Source: Leucoraja ocellata (Eukaryota). From it: a stretch of 64,000 bases of DNA. Position numbers and translations under genes: made by a program. How positions within the stretch are numbered: the first letter of the stretch is position 1; each line of letters opens with the position of its first letter. Below, in pieces: positions 24,259 through 37,000 of the stretch. Location: assembly GCA_036785375.1 (NCBI GenBank), contig JAWMAR010000201.1:310001-374000 (forward strand). Direction: 5' to 3'. The notes under the pieces were generated by a model that did not search any database, was not told where the DNA came from, and saw nothing but the letters and a program-made list of their open reading frames with translations.

Positions 24259-26331
24259 GGGACCTGGAGGTGTTCACAGACAGTGTACTGTGTTACATTA
24301 AAAACTGCATGGACACGGTCACAGTGGACAAACGCATCCGGGTCTATCCCAACCAGAAGCCCTGGATGACCCGGGAGGTCCAGCGGCTGTTGAAAGAGAG
24401 GAACACCACTTTTAGGTCTGGCGATAGGGCTTTATACAGCACGGCCCAAGCTAACCTGAAGAGAGGCATCAGAGAGGCCAAATCAAACTACAGGAGGAAG
24501 ATAGAGGACCACCTAGACAGTAACAACAGCAGGCAAGTGTGGCAGGGGATCCAGTATATCACCAACTATAAGACCAACCTTGGAGCTGTTGAAGGTGACG
24601 CCTCGTTGGCAGAGGAGCTGAGCCACTTCTTTGCTCGCTTTGAAGTGGAGCCACCCGAGACAGCCACATCACAGCACAGGGTTCACAGCAGCCCAACCCT
24701 CAAGATAGAGGAGCATGAGGTGAGGCGCACGCTGCGGGCCATCAATCCAAGGAAGGCTACTGGACCTGACGTCGTCTCTGGACACGTGTTGAAGGACTGC
24801 GCAGACCAGCTGGCTGGAGTCTGTACGAGGATTTTTAACCAGTCTCTGGCACAGTCCACTGTTCCACCCTGTCTGAAGTCCTCCACCATAGTCCCCTTGC
24901 CCAAAAAAAACAACATCTCCAGCCTCAACAACTACTGGCCAGTCGCACTCACACCAGTGGTGATGAAGTGTTTTGAAAAACTGGTCCGGGGTCATATCAC
25001 ATCACTCCTGCCCTGAAGCTTTGACCCCCACCAGTTTGCGTACAGAGCAAATAGATCTACAGAGGACGCTGTAGCCACAGCTCTCCATGCTGCACTGTCC
25101 CACCTGGAGCAGCGGGGGAGCTATGTGCGGATGCTCTTTGTGGACTACAGCTCTGCTTTTAATACCATCCTTCCCCACAAACTGATGGACAAACTGGGGG
25201 ACTTGGGACTTCCACACTCCACCTGCATGTGGATAAATAGCTTCCTGTCGGGTCGCAGCCAGAGAGTCAGAGTGGGCCATCACACATCCACGGCCCTCAG
25301 CCTCAGTACCGGCTCTCCACAGGGCTGCGTACTGAGCCCCCTGCTCTACACCATCTACACACATGACTGCACCCCCGCCCACCACAGCAACACCATTGTC
25401 AAATTTGCGGATGACACTACGGTGGTGGGACTCATCTCCGGGGGGGGACGAGTACGCCTACCGGGATGAGGCGGAGCAGCTGACAGTGTGGTGTGAAGAA
25501 AATAACCTGCTCCTGAACACCTTAAAGACAAAGGAAATAATAATAGACTTTAGGAAGAATAAAACGGACATGGTACCATTGATTATCAGAGGGGACTGTG
25601 TAGAGAGGGTGGCGGATTTCCGCTTCCTGGGAATCCATATTGAGGAGGACCTGACATGGAGCATGAACACCACTGCGCTGCTGAAAAAGATCCAGCAGAG
25701 ACTGCACTTCCTGAGGGTGCTCAGGAAGAATAACATCACTCAGAGACTGCTGCTGTCCTTTTATCGGTGCTCCATTGAGAGCATCCTAACATACTGTGTA
25801 TGCGTATGGTACACCAGCTGCACAGCGGCTCAGAGGAAAGCGCTCCAGAGGGCCATTGACAATGCCCAGAGGATTGTCGGCTGCCCTCTCCTTACCTTGG
25901 AGGACTTACACAGTTCCCGCTGCATCAAAAAATCCCAGAGTATTATAAAGGACATTTCCCACCCCGGACACTCCCTGTTTGAACTGTTGCCGTCAGGCAG
26001 ACGGTACAGGTCTACAAGGACAAACAGACTTAAAAACAGTTTTTACCCCACTGCTATAAAGGCACTAAATGTAGCCGCCAAGGAACGCAGGGGCGATACA
26101 TACTAAGGGACTGTGGTACACTGTGAAATCGACAGAAGGATGTAGGGTTGGGTGTTTATGCGTGCTATTTTCATGATATTTATTTTAGTTGTTTATCTTT
26201 TAATATTTTACCTTGTATGTATCGTTAGCTTTTAGAAATGTTTGAATGGTGCACTGACTGGCTGACATTTTTAAATTTTGTTGTACATGGTTCATGTTAC
26301 AATGACAATAAATAAACTATTCTATTCTATT
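24259..26331 (+). mobile_element. 5'-truncated Rex1/Babar LINE nested in Tx1
   Basis: RT motifs NQKPW, KATGPD, PVALTPVVMKCFE, LFVDYSSAFNTI, GSPQGCVLSPLL, KFADD, LPSGRRYRS; (CTATT)n tail; TSD CTGTTC at 24253-58 and 26332-37. Confidence 0.93.
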
Positions 26332-29300
26332 CTGTTCCTCTCTGGATCTGTGACAGAGGAGCCACCATCTGCGAGCAGCTCTACGAGCTGTTCGCGGGCT
26401 CCCCGCCCTTTCTCCAGAGAGAAAAAGAAAGGTGAAGCACGGTCCACATCGTCCAACATCTGGACCCGCGACCTCACCTAAGCGTCTCAAGTCTGCTCAA
26501 GCAGCAGGTTCCTCAAGGCTTCCTTCTCCTGAAACTCCCCTTACACAGGAGTCCTCACCAATCCGACCCAGGCGAGACTGCGTCTAGTAGCTCCCTCTCA
26601 AGCCCCTCAACTGTTGAGTACCACCTTCCAGTCGACCCCCACGTGTATTGCTTACATAAGAGACGGATGTGAGCTTTCCCCATACCCCAGCACTGCCTAA
26701 GGGAAAAGAAGCTCCTCTGCCGCTCTCTCCACTTCACCCAAAACCGACTGGTTGACTCCCGGAAACATTGATTCTCCAGCAGCCGGTTATTAAATGCCAG
26801 TGTGCGGACCCAGCCCATGAGCGCGCTGGATTAAAGTCCACACACACCAGACAGTGGTCTGAGCACAGCACCAGCCGCTTTGAGCCGCTGAGACATGGGA
26901 GACATACGCACCAGAGATGTATATGTGATCGATGCGGGAGCCACCCCCCTCAGACGTCTGCGAAAAAGCATTGGAATCAGGGTGGAGGTTCCGCCGTGCA
27001 TCAACCAGCTCAAAGGAATCAATCAAACCTCTCAGCTTGTTCGCTACAGCAGGAGTACCAGAACGATCTTGCACCTCAAGTGTGCAATTGAAATCACCCC
27101 AAGGAAGACGCACTCTTCGCTATCAATAGTGCTCAACAGAGCAGTCACCTGAAGTAGGCAGGCCTGCATCGTGCCGGTGCTGGGGGCGTACACATTAATA
27201 AATTGCAACGGCATGCCATCCAGGCTCAGGGCCAGATAGAGCAAATGACCTGGCACAACTTCCTGCACATTCAGGATCTCTGGCTGAAAAGTCGGGGCCA
27301 ACAGAAAAGCCACCCAACTCGAATTCATGCTGAGGTGGCTCATGTAGACCCCCCCCCCCCCCCCCCCTTCCCACTCCAGTCGCCAGGTGGGCTCGTCACT
27401 GACAACTGTATGCGTCTCTTGCAGAAAACTCCCTGCATATTTCCCCTCTCTGAGGACTGACAGATGATGAAATCTACGAAAGCTGGCTCTACTACCATTT
27501 AAATTTAAAGTAGCAACTATGAATGTGCAAACACACTAGATTGTGTTCCTCACACTCCTCGTGGACTCGGATACTTTCTGAGGAACTTCAAAAAGTCCCC
27601 AAACTGACGCATCTCAGACTCAGGAAGATCACTGTCTTTGCTGCCAAGGATAATATCAAATCTTAAGATCTGTCCACCATCTCCGAGCTGCTTCAATTCT
27701 AGTCCTAGCACTCCTGTTTGTTTTTAGAAAGGCCCGTAACTCACAGATAATGACTGTTCAAGACACAGCCCTGGAATCCAGGCATTCCGCCAACCCACTC
27801 ACACCTGGAGCAGCATCCTCCCCTGTACTGCGTTCAAGGTCATTGTCAGAGTTCGAGAGACTACAACTCGCTGAAAGCTCACTCACCCCACTGCACAAGC
27901 CGGCCCCATCACTCTCCCCCTCCTCCGGCATGACACCACCCCCTGGATCAATGCCGAGGGAGGGTCCCGATACCCCTGTCAGCAACGAGCTGTCCAGTGA
28001 AATGTCAGGCTCCTACACTCCACCACCACCCCCCACATCTGGGCCTGGGGAAGAAAAAACAAGAGGCACCCCCAGGGCCCGTGGCATGCAGGCACCCCCA
28101 GAATCCGAAAGAGGGTCACAACCCGAAACAGCTCCGACCCCCAGAGTACCCGCTCCACTGGCAACATCCAGAGTCTCCACCCTCCACCACCAGGGGAGCA
28201 ACCTCACCAAGACCCACTGAAAGAGCTGGTGTTTTTGGAATCACCCCTACTACCTCAGCCGGTGAGGCAGCATATCCCACAGCACCTCCATTGGCTCTAA
28301 TAGGGAGCACAGACTGGAACATTGGTACTCCCAAGCCACCCCCTTCAGGCCGACTCAGCTCATCCCCCATCCCAGGGGACACATTTCCAGGGGAGCCAAC
28401 ACCAACAACTGGCATGCCAACACCCTCTGAAGACTTCTGAAATGAGGGGACCTCCGACCCAGAAGACACACTCCCAGGGGAGCTAACCTCAATACCCGGT
28501 GAGATAACCCAAGGCCCAACCTCCGCCCCAGAAGACACCAGTTCATGGCCACCATCCTTATCAGGGGTGGAAGGTCTCGAAGTAGGTGTCCCCCTTACTT
28601 TGGGCCCACAACCTTGCTCTCCCTCGCCGGTAGCACACCTTCCTTTAATCCCGCTGCCATGCGACAGTATGGTGACCTCCATAAAGGAAGGGTCCTCCAC
28701 CTCCACACTACCTGCTGCCTCTTTTCCACTCCCATGTTTTACCTCCCCTGCCCGCTTCTGAACCACCTCAGCTCCTTGCTGAGCCACACCAGGTCCTGGA
28801 CCTCACTGGGGCCAACAGGCACCCCTTGGGTGGGCTCAGGTCTAGGCAAGGGCCCATCCGCTTGCATTTGACCTGCTTGGAGGAGCTTATTCTACTTCTT
28901 AGACCTCTTCTGCACCACCCAACCGCCCCCCCCTTGCCCTGCGCCTCGCCATCATCATCAGGTTCAGGACATGGGGGCCATCACTGCCCTGGGTCGCCAA
29001 GCCAGAGCTGACAGTCCCAGATGGGTTACCGAGGCGGAGCTAGCAGCCCGGACGGGCCAGCAAAGTAATCCTGGGCCAATGCGCTAGAATTTCTAGCAGC
29101 GGCCCGGCAATTGGGCCAATCCCTGCGGAGATGTCCAACCTCTCTGCACACATGACACTGTGCCTCTCCGCAACTCCAATACACACGGTTGGGGACACCC
29201 TTATGCTCCAAAACGAAGCTCCCCTCAGCGCCCAACCCCTCTTCCACCTTCATAAAAACCCGCCTCTTGAAACTCAAGACCCATTTTTCATACGGGTCAT

Positions 29301-30142
29301 TCCCGGGGTGCATAAACCAGGTAAGCTTAAACCGCACCTCCCCAATCTTTCCCAAGTGTGGAAGAATTTTTGCATCCCGGAGAAACGCCGGATAATTTCG
29401 CAGGAGAACCAGTTTCACAGTGGACACCCACGGTTCCCCCGGTATAAAGACCCCATCTACTGTGAGCCCCCTCGCCAATGCTAGCGCCACATCCTCCCGG
29501 GACTTTAATATCAACCAAACCTTCCTTCCTGCAATCTCGGAAGAGACAATAACATCCCTCTTAAAAAGGTCATGCAAGCCCTTCGCAATTACACCCCTGC
29601 TCCACAGGAACCTGGTTTGGACCGAGATCCCGTATATCTCGCCATCCAAGTCAACATAAGGCTCATCCTCAAATGGCCCCGAAACTGCCGCCAAATCCAC
29701 AGCTGCATAGCTCCGAGCCCAAGGCCAAGCCCCCGCCATCTTGACAGTGGCACAAACCAGCTCCAGGAACATCAGCAACTCCGTTCAAAGGCGATCTCAG
29801 AGACAGACAAAGTCCGGATAAGCAGCAGAAGCATTTTCCTCCAACCGAAGTAAGGAAAGTCCCCACGCTCAACTCCACAGCCAAGAGTAGCTTTTGGGAG
29901 GCTCTTTAAAGCCCTTCCGAAATTTCCAGAAACTGCCGGAAGCGAAAAGTACCTTCTTCACATTAAGCCCAGGCAGCTGCACTGAGCAAAACGGTGTTGG
30001 CGCAGAGAATCGTTTAGAAACGTCAAAGACACCAAAGTCTTTCGTACCCTTGATCTCTTGGTAATCAGCCAGCCATGGCCGCATCAACAGCGGAAAAACT
30101 CAGGAATTCCACACTAATCTCTATTCCTCTCTCTCTCTCTCT

Positions 30143-30174
<32 letters not shown>

Positions 30175-30175
30175 A

Positions 30176-33100
30176 TGGGTGACTTTAATGTACATACAGA
30201 TCGGGCCAACCAAATTGGTAAGTGCTGAGGAGGAGGATTTCCTGGAATGTATACGGGATTGGTTTTACAAACCAATATGTAGAGGAACCGACTGGATGGC
30301 GGGCCATCCTAGACAGGGTAACTGGGTAAGGATTAGTTAGCGATTTTGTTGTGCAAGGCGGCTTGGGCAAGAGTGACCAGAATATGGTGGAATATTGCAT
30401 TAGGATGGAGTGTGACATGGACAATTCAGAGACTAGGGTCCTGAACTTGAATACTGAAGGAATCAGACAGGAATTGGCTAGGATAGACTGGCAAATTATA
30501 CTTAAAGGGTTGGCAATGGAGATGCAATCGCGAAGATTTAAAGACCGCATGGATGAACTCCAGAAATTGTTCATCCCTGTATGGCAAAAAAATAAGACTG
30601 GGAAGGCGGCTCAACCGTGGCTGACGAGAGAAGTCAAGGATAGTGTTAAAGCCAAGGAAGAGGCATATAACTTGGCCAGAAGAAGCGGCAATTCAGAAAA
30701 CTGAATTTAGAACAAAACCGAGGAGGACAAATGGGTTAATTAAGAGGGGGGGAAAAGAGCATGAAAAAAAGCTTGCGGGAAATATAAAAACTGACTGTAA
30801 AAGTTTCTATAGGTTTGTAAAAAGGAAAAGATTAGTGAAGATGAATGTAGGTCCCTGGCAGTCAGAGACAGGTGAATTTTTAATGGGAAATGAGGATATG
30901 GCAGAACTGTTAAACAAGTACTTTGGTTCTATCTTCACTAAGGAAGACACAAACAATCTCCCGGAAATACAAGGGGACTGAGGATCTAGTGGGAGGAAAT
31001 GGAAGAGAATTCACATTAGTCAGAAAATAGTGTTAGGTAAACTGTTGGGACTGAAGGCAGATAAATTCCCAGGGCCTGGTGGCCTGGATCCCAGAGTAGT
31101 CGTGGAGGTGACCCAAGAAATCATGGATGCATTGGTGATCATTTTCCAATGTTCTCTTGACTCTGGATCAGTTCCTGTGGACTGGAGGGTAGCCAATGTA
31201 ACTCCACTTTTTCAGAATGGAGGGAGTGAGAAAAGGGGGAATTATAGACCAGTTAGCCTGACATCGGTAGCGGGGAAGAGCTGGAGTCGATTATTAAAGA
31301 TGTTATAGCAGCGCATTTGGAAAGCAGTGACGGGATTGGTGAAATTCAGCATGGATTTATGAAGGAGATATCATGCTTGACTAATCTTTTTGAATTTTTT
31401 GAGGATGTAACAAGTTGAATGTATAAGGGAGAGCCAGAGGATGTGGTGTATCTGGACTTTCAAAAAGCCTTTGAAAGGTTCCCACACAAGAGATTAGTGT
31501 GCAAATTTAGAGCACATGGTATTGGGGGTAGGGTACTGACATGGATAGAGAACTGGTTGGCAGACATGAAGCAAAAAGTAGGAATTAATGAGTCCTTTTC
31601 AGAATGGCAGGCAGTGACTAGTGGGATGTCACAAGGCTCGGTGTTGGGACTCCAATTGTTTACAATATATATTAACGATTTAGACAAGGGCATTAAATGA
31701 AACATCTTTAAGTTTGGGGATGACACAAAGCTGGGTGGCATTGCGAGCTACGAGGAGGATGCTATGAGGCTGCAGGGTGACTTGGATAGGTTGGGTGAGT
31801 GGGCAAAAGCATGGCAGATGCAGTATAATGTGGATAAATGTGAGGTTATCCACTTTGGTGGCAAGAACAGGAAGGCAGATTATTATCTGAATGGTGCCAG
31901 ATTAGGAGAAGGGGAGGGGTGCAACGAGACCTGGGTGTGCTTGTACATCAGTCACTGAAAGCATGCAGCTACAGCAGGAAGTGAAGAAAGTCAATGGCAT
32001 GTTGAATTAAATTTCCTTTATTGTCATTCAAACAATAGTTTGAACGAAATTGCATACCTTGCAGCCATGACAGAAAAAAAGCAACAAAACACACAATGAA
32101 CACAGTTTAACACAAACATCCATCACAGTGAATCTCCATGAAGCTCTTCACTGTGATGGAAGACAAAAAGTCTCATCTCCTCCCGCTGCGTCGAGGCGAT
32201 CGAGGCTATCGGTGTTGAACCCCCGCCGGTTGATGGTAAGTCCCACGGCCAATTCCAAGCTCCGTGAACGGGCCGATTCAAATTCCGCGAACCGGGGCGG
32301 ACAAAGCTGCCACCCTCCAGTCCAGCGGACCAAGCTGTCGTTGCGGGAGCTCCCAAGAATCGGTCACCAACCTGGGACCTGCGAGCTCCCAATGTTACCG
32401 TCTACAGGGCCCGCGGCCAAGGCCTCCGAATCGGGTCGCAGCCACAGCACCACCACAACCTCAGATGTCAGCCAGCTCTGCGATGGTAAGTCCACAGGCT
32501 CTGTCACCTGAGCCTCAAGGTCGTTTCCAGTTGGAGGCCCCCAGCTCTACGATATTAGGCCTCTGCGCAGATGGAGACAGAGAAACGACAAGGAAAAGAT
32601 CGCATCTCTGTTGAAGGAAGAGGTTTAGCCCCACCCCCCACACATACACAACTAAAAATAAACTAAAACACATCTAACAAGACAAAAGAAAACAAAAAAA
32701 AAGAAAAGATAGCCGGACTGCAGGCGGCCCTCATCTGCTTGGCAGCGCCGCCACCTGGTAGTTTTGAAAAAATTATGAGTGGATTTGAGTTTAGGAGCAT
32801 GGAGGTCCTACTGTTGTACAGGCCCTTGGTGAGACCACACCTGGAGTATTGTGTGCAATTTTGGTCTTATTTGAGGAAGGACATTATTGCTATTGAGGGA
32901 GTGCAGTGGAGGTTCACCAGGTTAATTCCCAGGAGGGCGGGACTGACGTATGATGAAAGAATGGGTCGACTGGGCTTCTAATCGCTGGAATTTAGAAGGA
33001 TGAGGGAATCTTATAGAAACATAAAACTTAGAGGATTGGACAGAGTAGATGCAGGGAAAATGTTTCCAATGTTGGGGGAGTCCAGAACTAGGGATCACAG

Positions 33101-33360
33101 TTTAAGCATAAGGGGTAGACCATTTAGGACAGAGATGAGGAAAACCTTTTTCACCCAGGGAGTTGTGAATCTGTGGAATTCTCTGCCATAGAAGGGTGGA
33201 GGCCAATTCACTGGATGTTTTCAAGAGTGAGTTAGATTTAGTCTTAGGGCTAAGGGATATGGGGTATTGATATTGGATGATCAGCCATGGTCATATTGAA
33301 TGGCGGTGCTGGCTCAAAGGGCCGAATAGCCTACTCCACCTATTTTCTATGTTTCTTTGG
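30176..33360 (+). mobile_element. CR1 LINE ORF2 (APE-RT), multiply disrupted, with 3' UTR
   Basis: MGDFN, QPWLTRE, NYRPVSLTS, YLDFQKAF, QGSVLG motifs in fragmented ORFs. Confidence 0.92.
32004..32760 (-). mobile_element. Non-coding retroposon with Rex1-type tail, nested in CR1
   Basis: Interrupts CR1 between NGML and GFEFRS. Minus strand starts TACCAGGTGGCGGCGC and ends with a stem-loop plus ATGACAATAAA. Confidence 0.75.
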
Positions 33361-34048
33361 TTCTCTCTCTCACTTAATCTCTCTGCCAACATCACTCTTA
33401 CTTTAATTTAGCCGGTCTGCCTGTTCCAATATATGTCTCCATCCATCCCTCTTATTCTCACCTGCAGTTGCTCTGGATCTTTCTCCATGTGTCTCTCCCT
33501 GTCAGTCTCCACCATTCTTTCTCAGCATCTTCCTCTCTCAATCTCTTTGTATCTCACTCTGACAGTGTCATTCTTTTAATCTGAGCTTGCCTCTCTCCCT
33601 TCACCTTTCTCAATTTCTGTGAACCTCTTCTACAATCTCTGTGTATCTCTGCCAGTTTCTCTGCTCTCTCTTAATTTCGGTACATACTCCCTTACAATCT
33701 ATGTATGTGTCAAATATCTTTGTGTCGCCCTCTCAAAAATGAATGCATCTCTTCTATCGCTCTGCATCTCCCTTCCTCTATCTTTGCGTTTCCCTATATC
33801 TCTCTGTGTTGCACTGACACTCTGTTTCTCTCCTTGTCTACATGCTGTTGGTACAGGCTGGAGGAGCCAAGCAGTGTCCTGTGCTGCAACCATCCTGTAT
33901 CCATCTGTGACAGATCTGAGGCCAATGTCCAGCCTTGCACCAGAATGGTGCAGTGTGTGGATCCCAGCCGGAGATGCACAGTTCCGACTAATGACTGGGT
34001 GATGTTACATGCAGATGTGGTGAACCCAATGTACTCTGGGTTACTGTG

Positions 34049-37000
34049 ATTTTACTTCGGAGTCACGTGAGTGACTACGTGAAGAAGCCCGCTTCCACGC
34101 ATGCGTGTCATATCGCTACACGCATTGCAACGAGTCACACAGGGGGAACGGCGTTCCCCAAGCGGGAGATTTGAAAGTCGGGAACAGCAGGTAAGAGACT
34201 CTGCGTTCCTTTTTACTACTTACTTTTAGGAGGCTGCGGAAAGCTGGCGGGGAGACCCGTGGAGGGCGAGCAGCCAGCAGCAGCAACAGCACGAGTTTCC
34301 CTGGAGGGGAACAACCTGAGCCCGACTTTGCTCCCGCACCGGCAAAATTCACCTCTCGGCCGGGCGGGAAGCAAAGTAAAAAAGGTCCCTATGCCAGTCT
34401 CAAACGAGACTGGCTTGGGACCAGTCGCTAGCAGCCAGCACAGAGGCTGCGGGACAGACAGCTCGGACCAGCGGTACCGGGGCTCGAAACGCTCAGCGAG
34501 TGCAGCGGCACTTATGGAGTCGGAACGGGACGTTCGGGCTGAAAACCTTGTTCACAAGGTAAGCACCAGGGTCCAGGGGATCTATAGGAACAGCCGGGGT
34601 TACCGGCTGCGGAACTGCCGCGAAGGACCAGGCCCGTGAACACCGGGGTCGGTCCAAGCGGCTCGAACCCGACACAGGGAACGACGGTCACCGGCGGGAG
34701 AAGGAAAGTCGGGAACAGCAGGTAAGAGACCCTGCGTTTCCTTCAACTTACCTTTCTAGGTGCAGACATGGACCAGGTCCATGTAAGGTGCAGAAGGCCG
34801 GCGGGAGAACCGCGGAGGAGCGGCAGCAGCAGCGGCAGCGGCAGCAGCAGTGGCAGCCGGCAGTTTGCAGTAGCACAGACAGCAGCAGTGGCAGCTGGCA
34901 CTTCGTGAGGAGCTGGCAACGGCAGGAGCAGCATGGGCACATCGATTCCCGGAGGGGGAAAAACACCTGTGCCCAACTTCGCTCCAGCACGGTGAGAAAG
35001 TTCATTTCTCGGCAGCAAAGGACTTTGCAGTTGACTGGCTGCAATCTACTACAAGGGACCAGTATGTGAGTACCAGGATCGGTCCCAGCGGGGTTTTAGT
35101 TACAATAATCGCTTCTCGGCTTTTTGGCTAAGATCAAGTGTAGTATCTGTTCTTATCAGTTTAATATCTGATACACCCCTTATCTAGGGACTATATATAT
35201 TATATAAAAACTATAGTAGCTGTTATCATCAGTTTTAATGTCTTATATGTCCCTTATCTAAGGACCATATAAGTAGGAGTGCCCAGAATTGAGGGCATTA
35301 GAGTGGGGTTGACCGGCTGCAACGACCATAAGGGACCAGTACCGTCAGTACGGGGGTGGGTCCCAGGGGTCTAAGATAAAGGAGCAGCCAGGAGTGCTGA
35401 GAGCGTTGAAGTCAGGTTAAAGGAATAGATGGAAGCAGCTGTGCCAGTTATCCTCCACACCGGCCATATCCACTTCACGGAAGGAAGGACAACACTGGAG
35501 AAGGAGGACCATGGAACAGCGGGCAGCCAGCAGCAGCCAGCGGCTCTTGGATCAACCGTAGTGGGATCAGCTGTGCCCGATGTCGGCCCCGCACCGGCCA
35601 GATCCATGTGACCGAGCGGTAGGCTAGACACAAATAAAACAAGGTAGTGGACTCGGAAGGGTCCGACTTTGCATAAAACCGCCGGAAACCAGTGCCCGAG
35701 AGGGCTGGAGCGGGAAGAAGCGGTGTATGGAGCCTTGCTCCAACGTGATAAAACCACAGCAGTACCTCTTTGAGGGCTGCACAATGCTTTTACCCCATCA
35801 GAGGGGAGCACTGTGGGTCAGTTCTGGGCTGACCTGCAAGAGGGGTCCGCAGAACAAAAGACAAGTGGGCAGCAGTTTAGCCCCACATGGATACCCCGTG
35901 TGGGACCCTAGAGATCTCTAACTCTATAAAAAAGAGTAGGCAGGACCCTGATGGGCCAGAGCCTGGTAATACAGCGTCCCATGATCCTAACACAGCAGGG
36001 ACTCTGCTGGACATGGTGGCCGATTACTTTAGCCAAGTCAAACATGGGTAGACTTGGATCCAGGATGGCAATAGTATTACTATATGTCTGGCCACAAACG
36101 CCAACAAGAAAAAATTTACAGACACTGGCCAGACATCTGCCACCTGGCAACGGTGAGGCATTACAGGTGCCCAGTGTAAACCAATGCATTTGGCAGCATA
36201 TGGACGAACATCAGGAACCAGGACCTCAAGATCCAGAGAACTTTCAAGGGATTGACGGAAGGCATCATAGCACACACCAGCACCCTGGACTAAACGTAGG
36301 TAACCAAAGACCATCAAGACGCACTAGATCTGTTTAATAATATGCAATATAACCTGAACTACACGTGGAAGGCGGCCATTCAGCCAGCACTAGGACCCCA
36401 AAAATGCTACCATTTGCAAATAAAAACCGTGTGTGGACTAAGCCAAGACACTGGGGCTCATCAAGGCCAGCGCAAGGGCCTATTTTGGAGCATGATACCA
36501 TCCACAGGCAAGGCCATAAAAAATGTGGCTCATACCAGTAGCAGTGTCAGAAATCAATATAACCTGCAGGATCCGTTTTAGGGTATGGCCAGGGCGGCCA
36601 CCCTGGAAGATGCGGAAGCCTCAACCTCCCACACAACCCCGAACAAGAAATATTAAACCAGAACCTTATTTTCAAAAAACCAAGGAAATAACAAAACCAC
36701 CGGTAACCAGGGAGGTAGGTGGGTGGGGTTTTCTTCTGTTAAAATAGGGACCTACGAGGGTAGGGGAGGTTGCAACACTACAGTTATGTATGGTATATAA
36801 TCACTACAGATTCATATAATCTCAGCAGTATTCAGGGTTATCTGATAGGGTTTTTCTCATCCCATTAACCACAGTACATCATACACCAGAAGGGCATTTT
36901 GTCCTTACATAAACCAAACAATCTAAAACCCACATGGTGCTACAAGAATTGTACACAAAAGATGGGATTGAACATATTATTAAATATAAGATAGAGTAGG

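Larger units (their letters stand above)
21671..30120 (-). mobile_element. Near full-length, frameshifted Tx1-type (L1 clade) non-LTR retrotransposon with two nested insertions
   Basis: ORF1 29026..29778 with zinc knuckle CHVCREVGHLRRDW. APE remnants (INVYAP, GDFN, SRIDHIY) 26790-27520. RT motifs KNWRPVSLL, SLDQEKAFDRVEH, GVRQGCP.SGQLY, YADD at 22476-24200. Short A tail at 21671-76. Confidence 0.9.

Noticed and set aside
35108-35203. Functional U2 snRNA gene
   Set aside because: Lacks the Sm site and 3' stem-loops, no snRNA promoter context recognised, and lies inside a retrotransposon.
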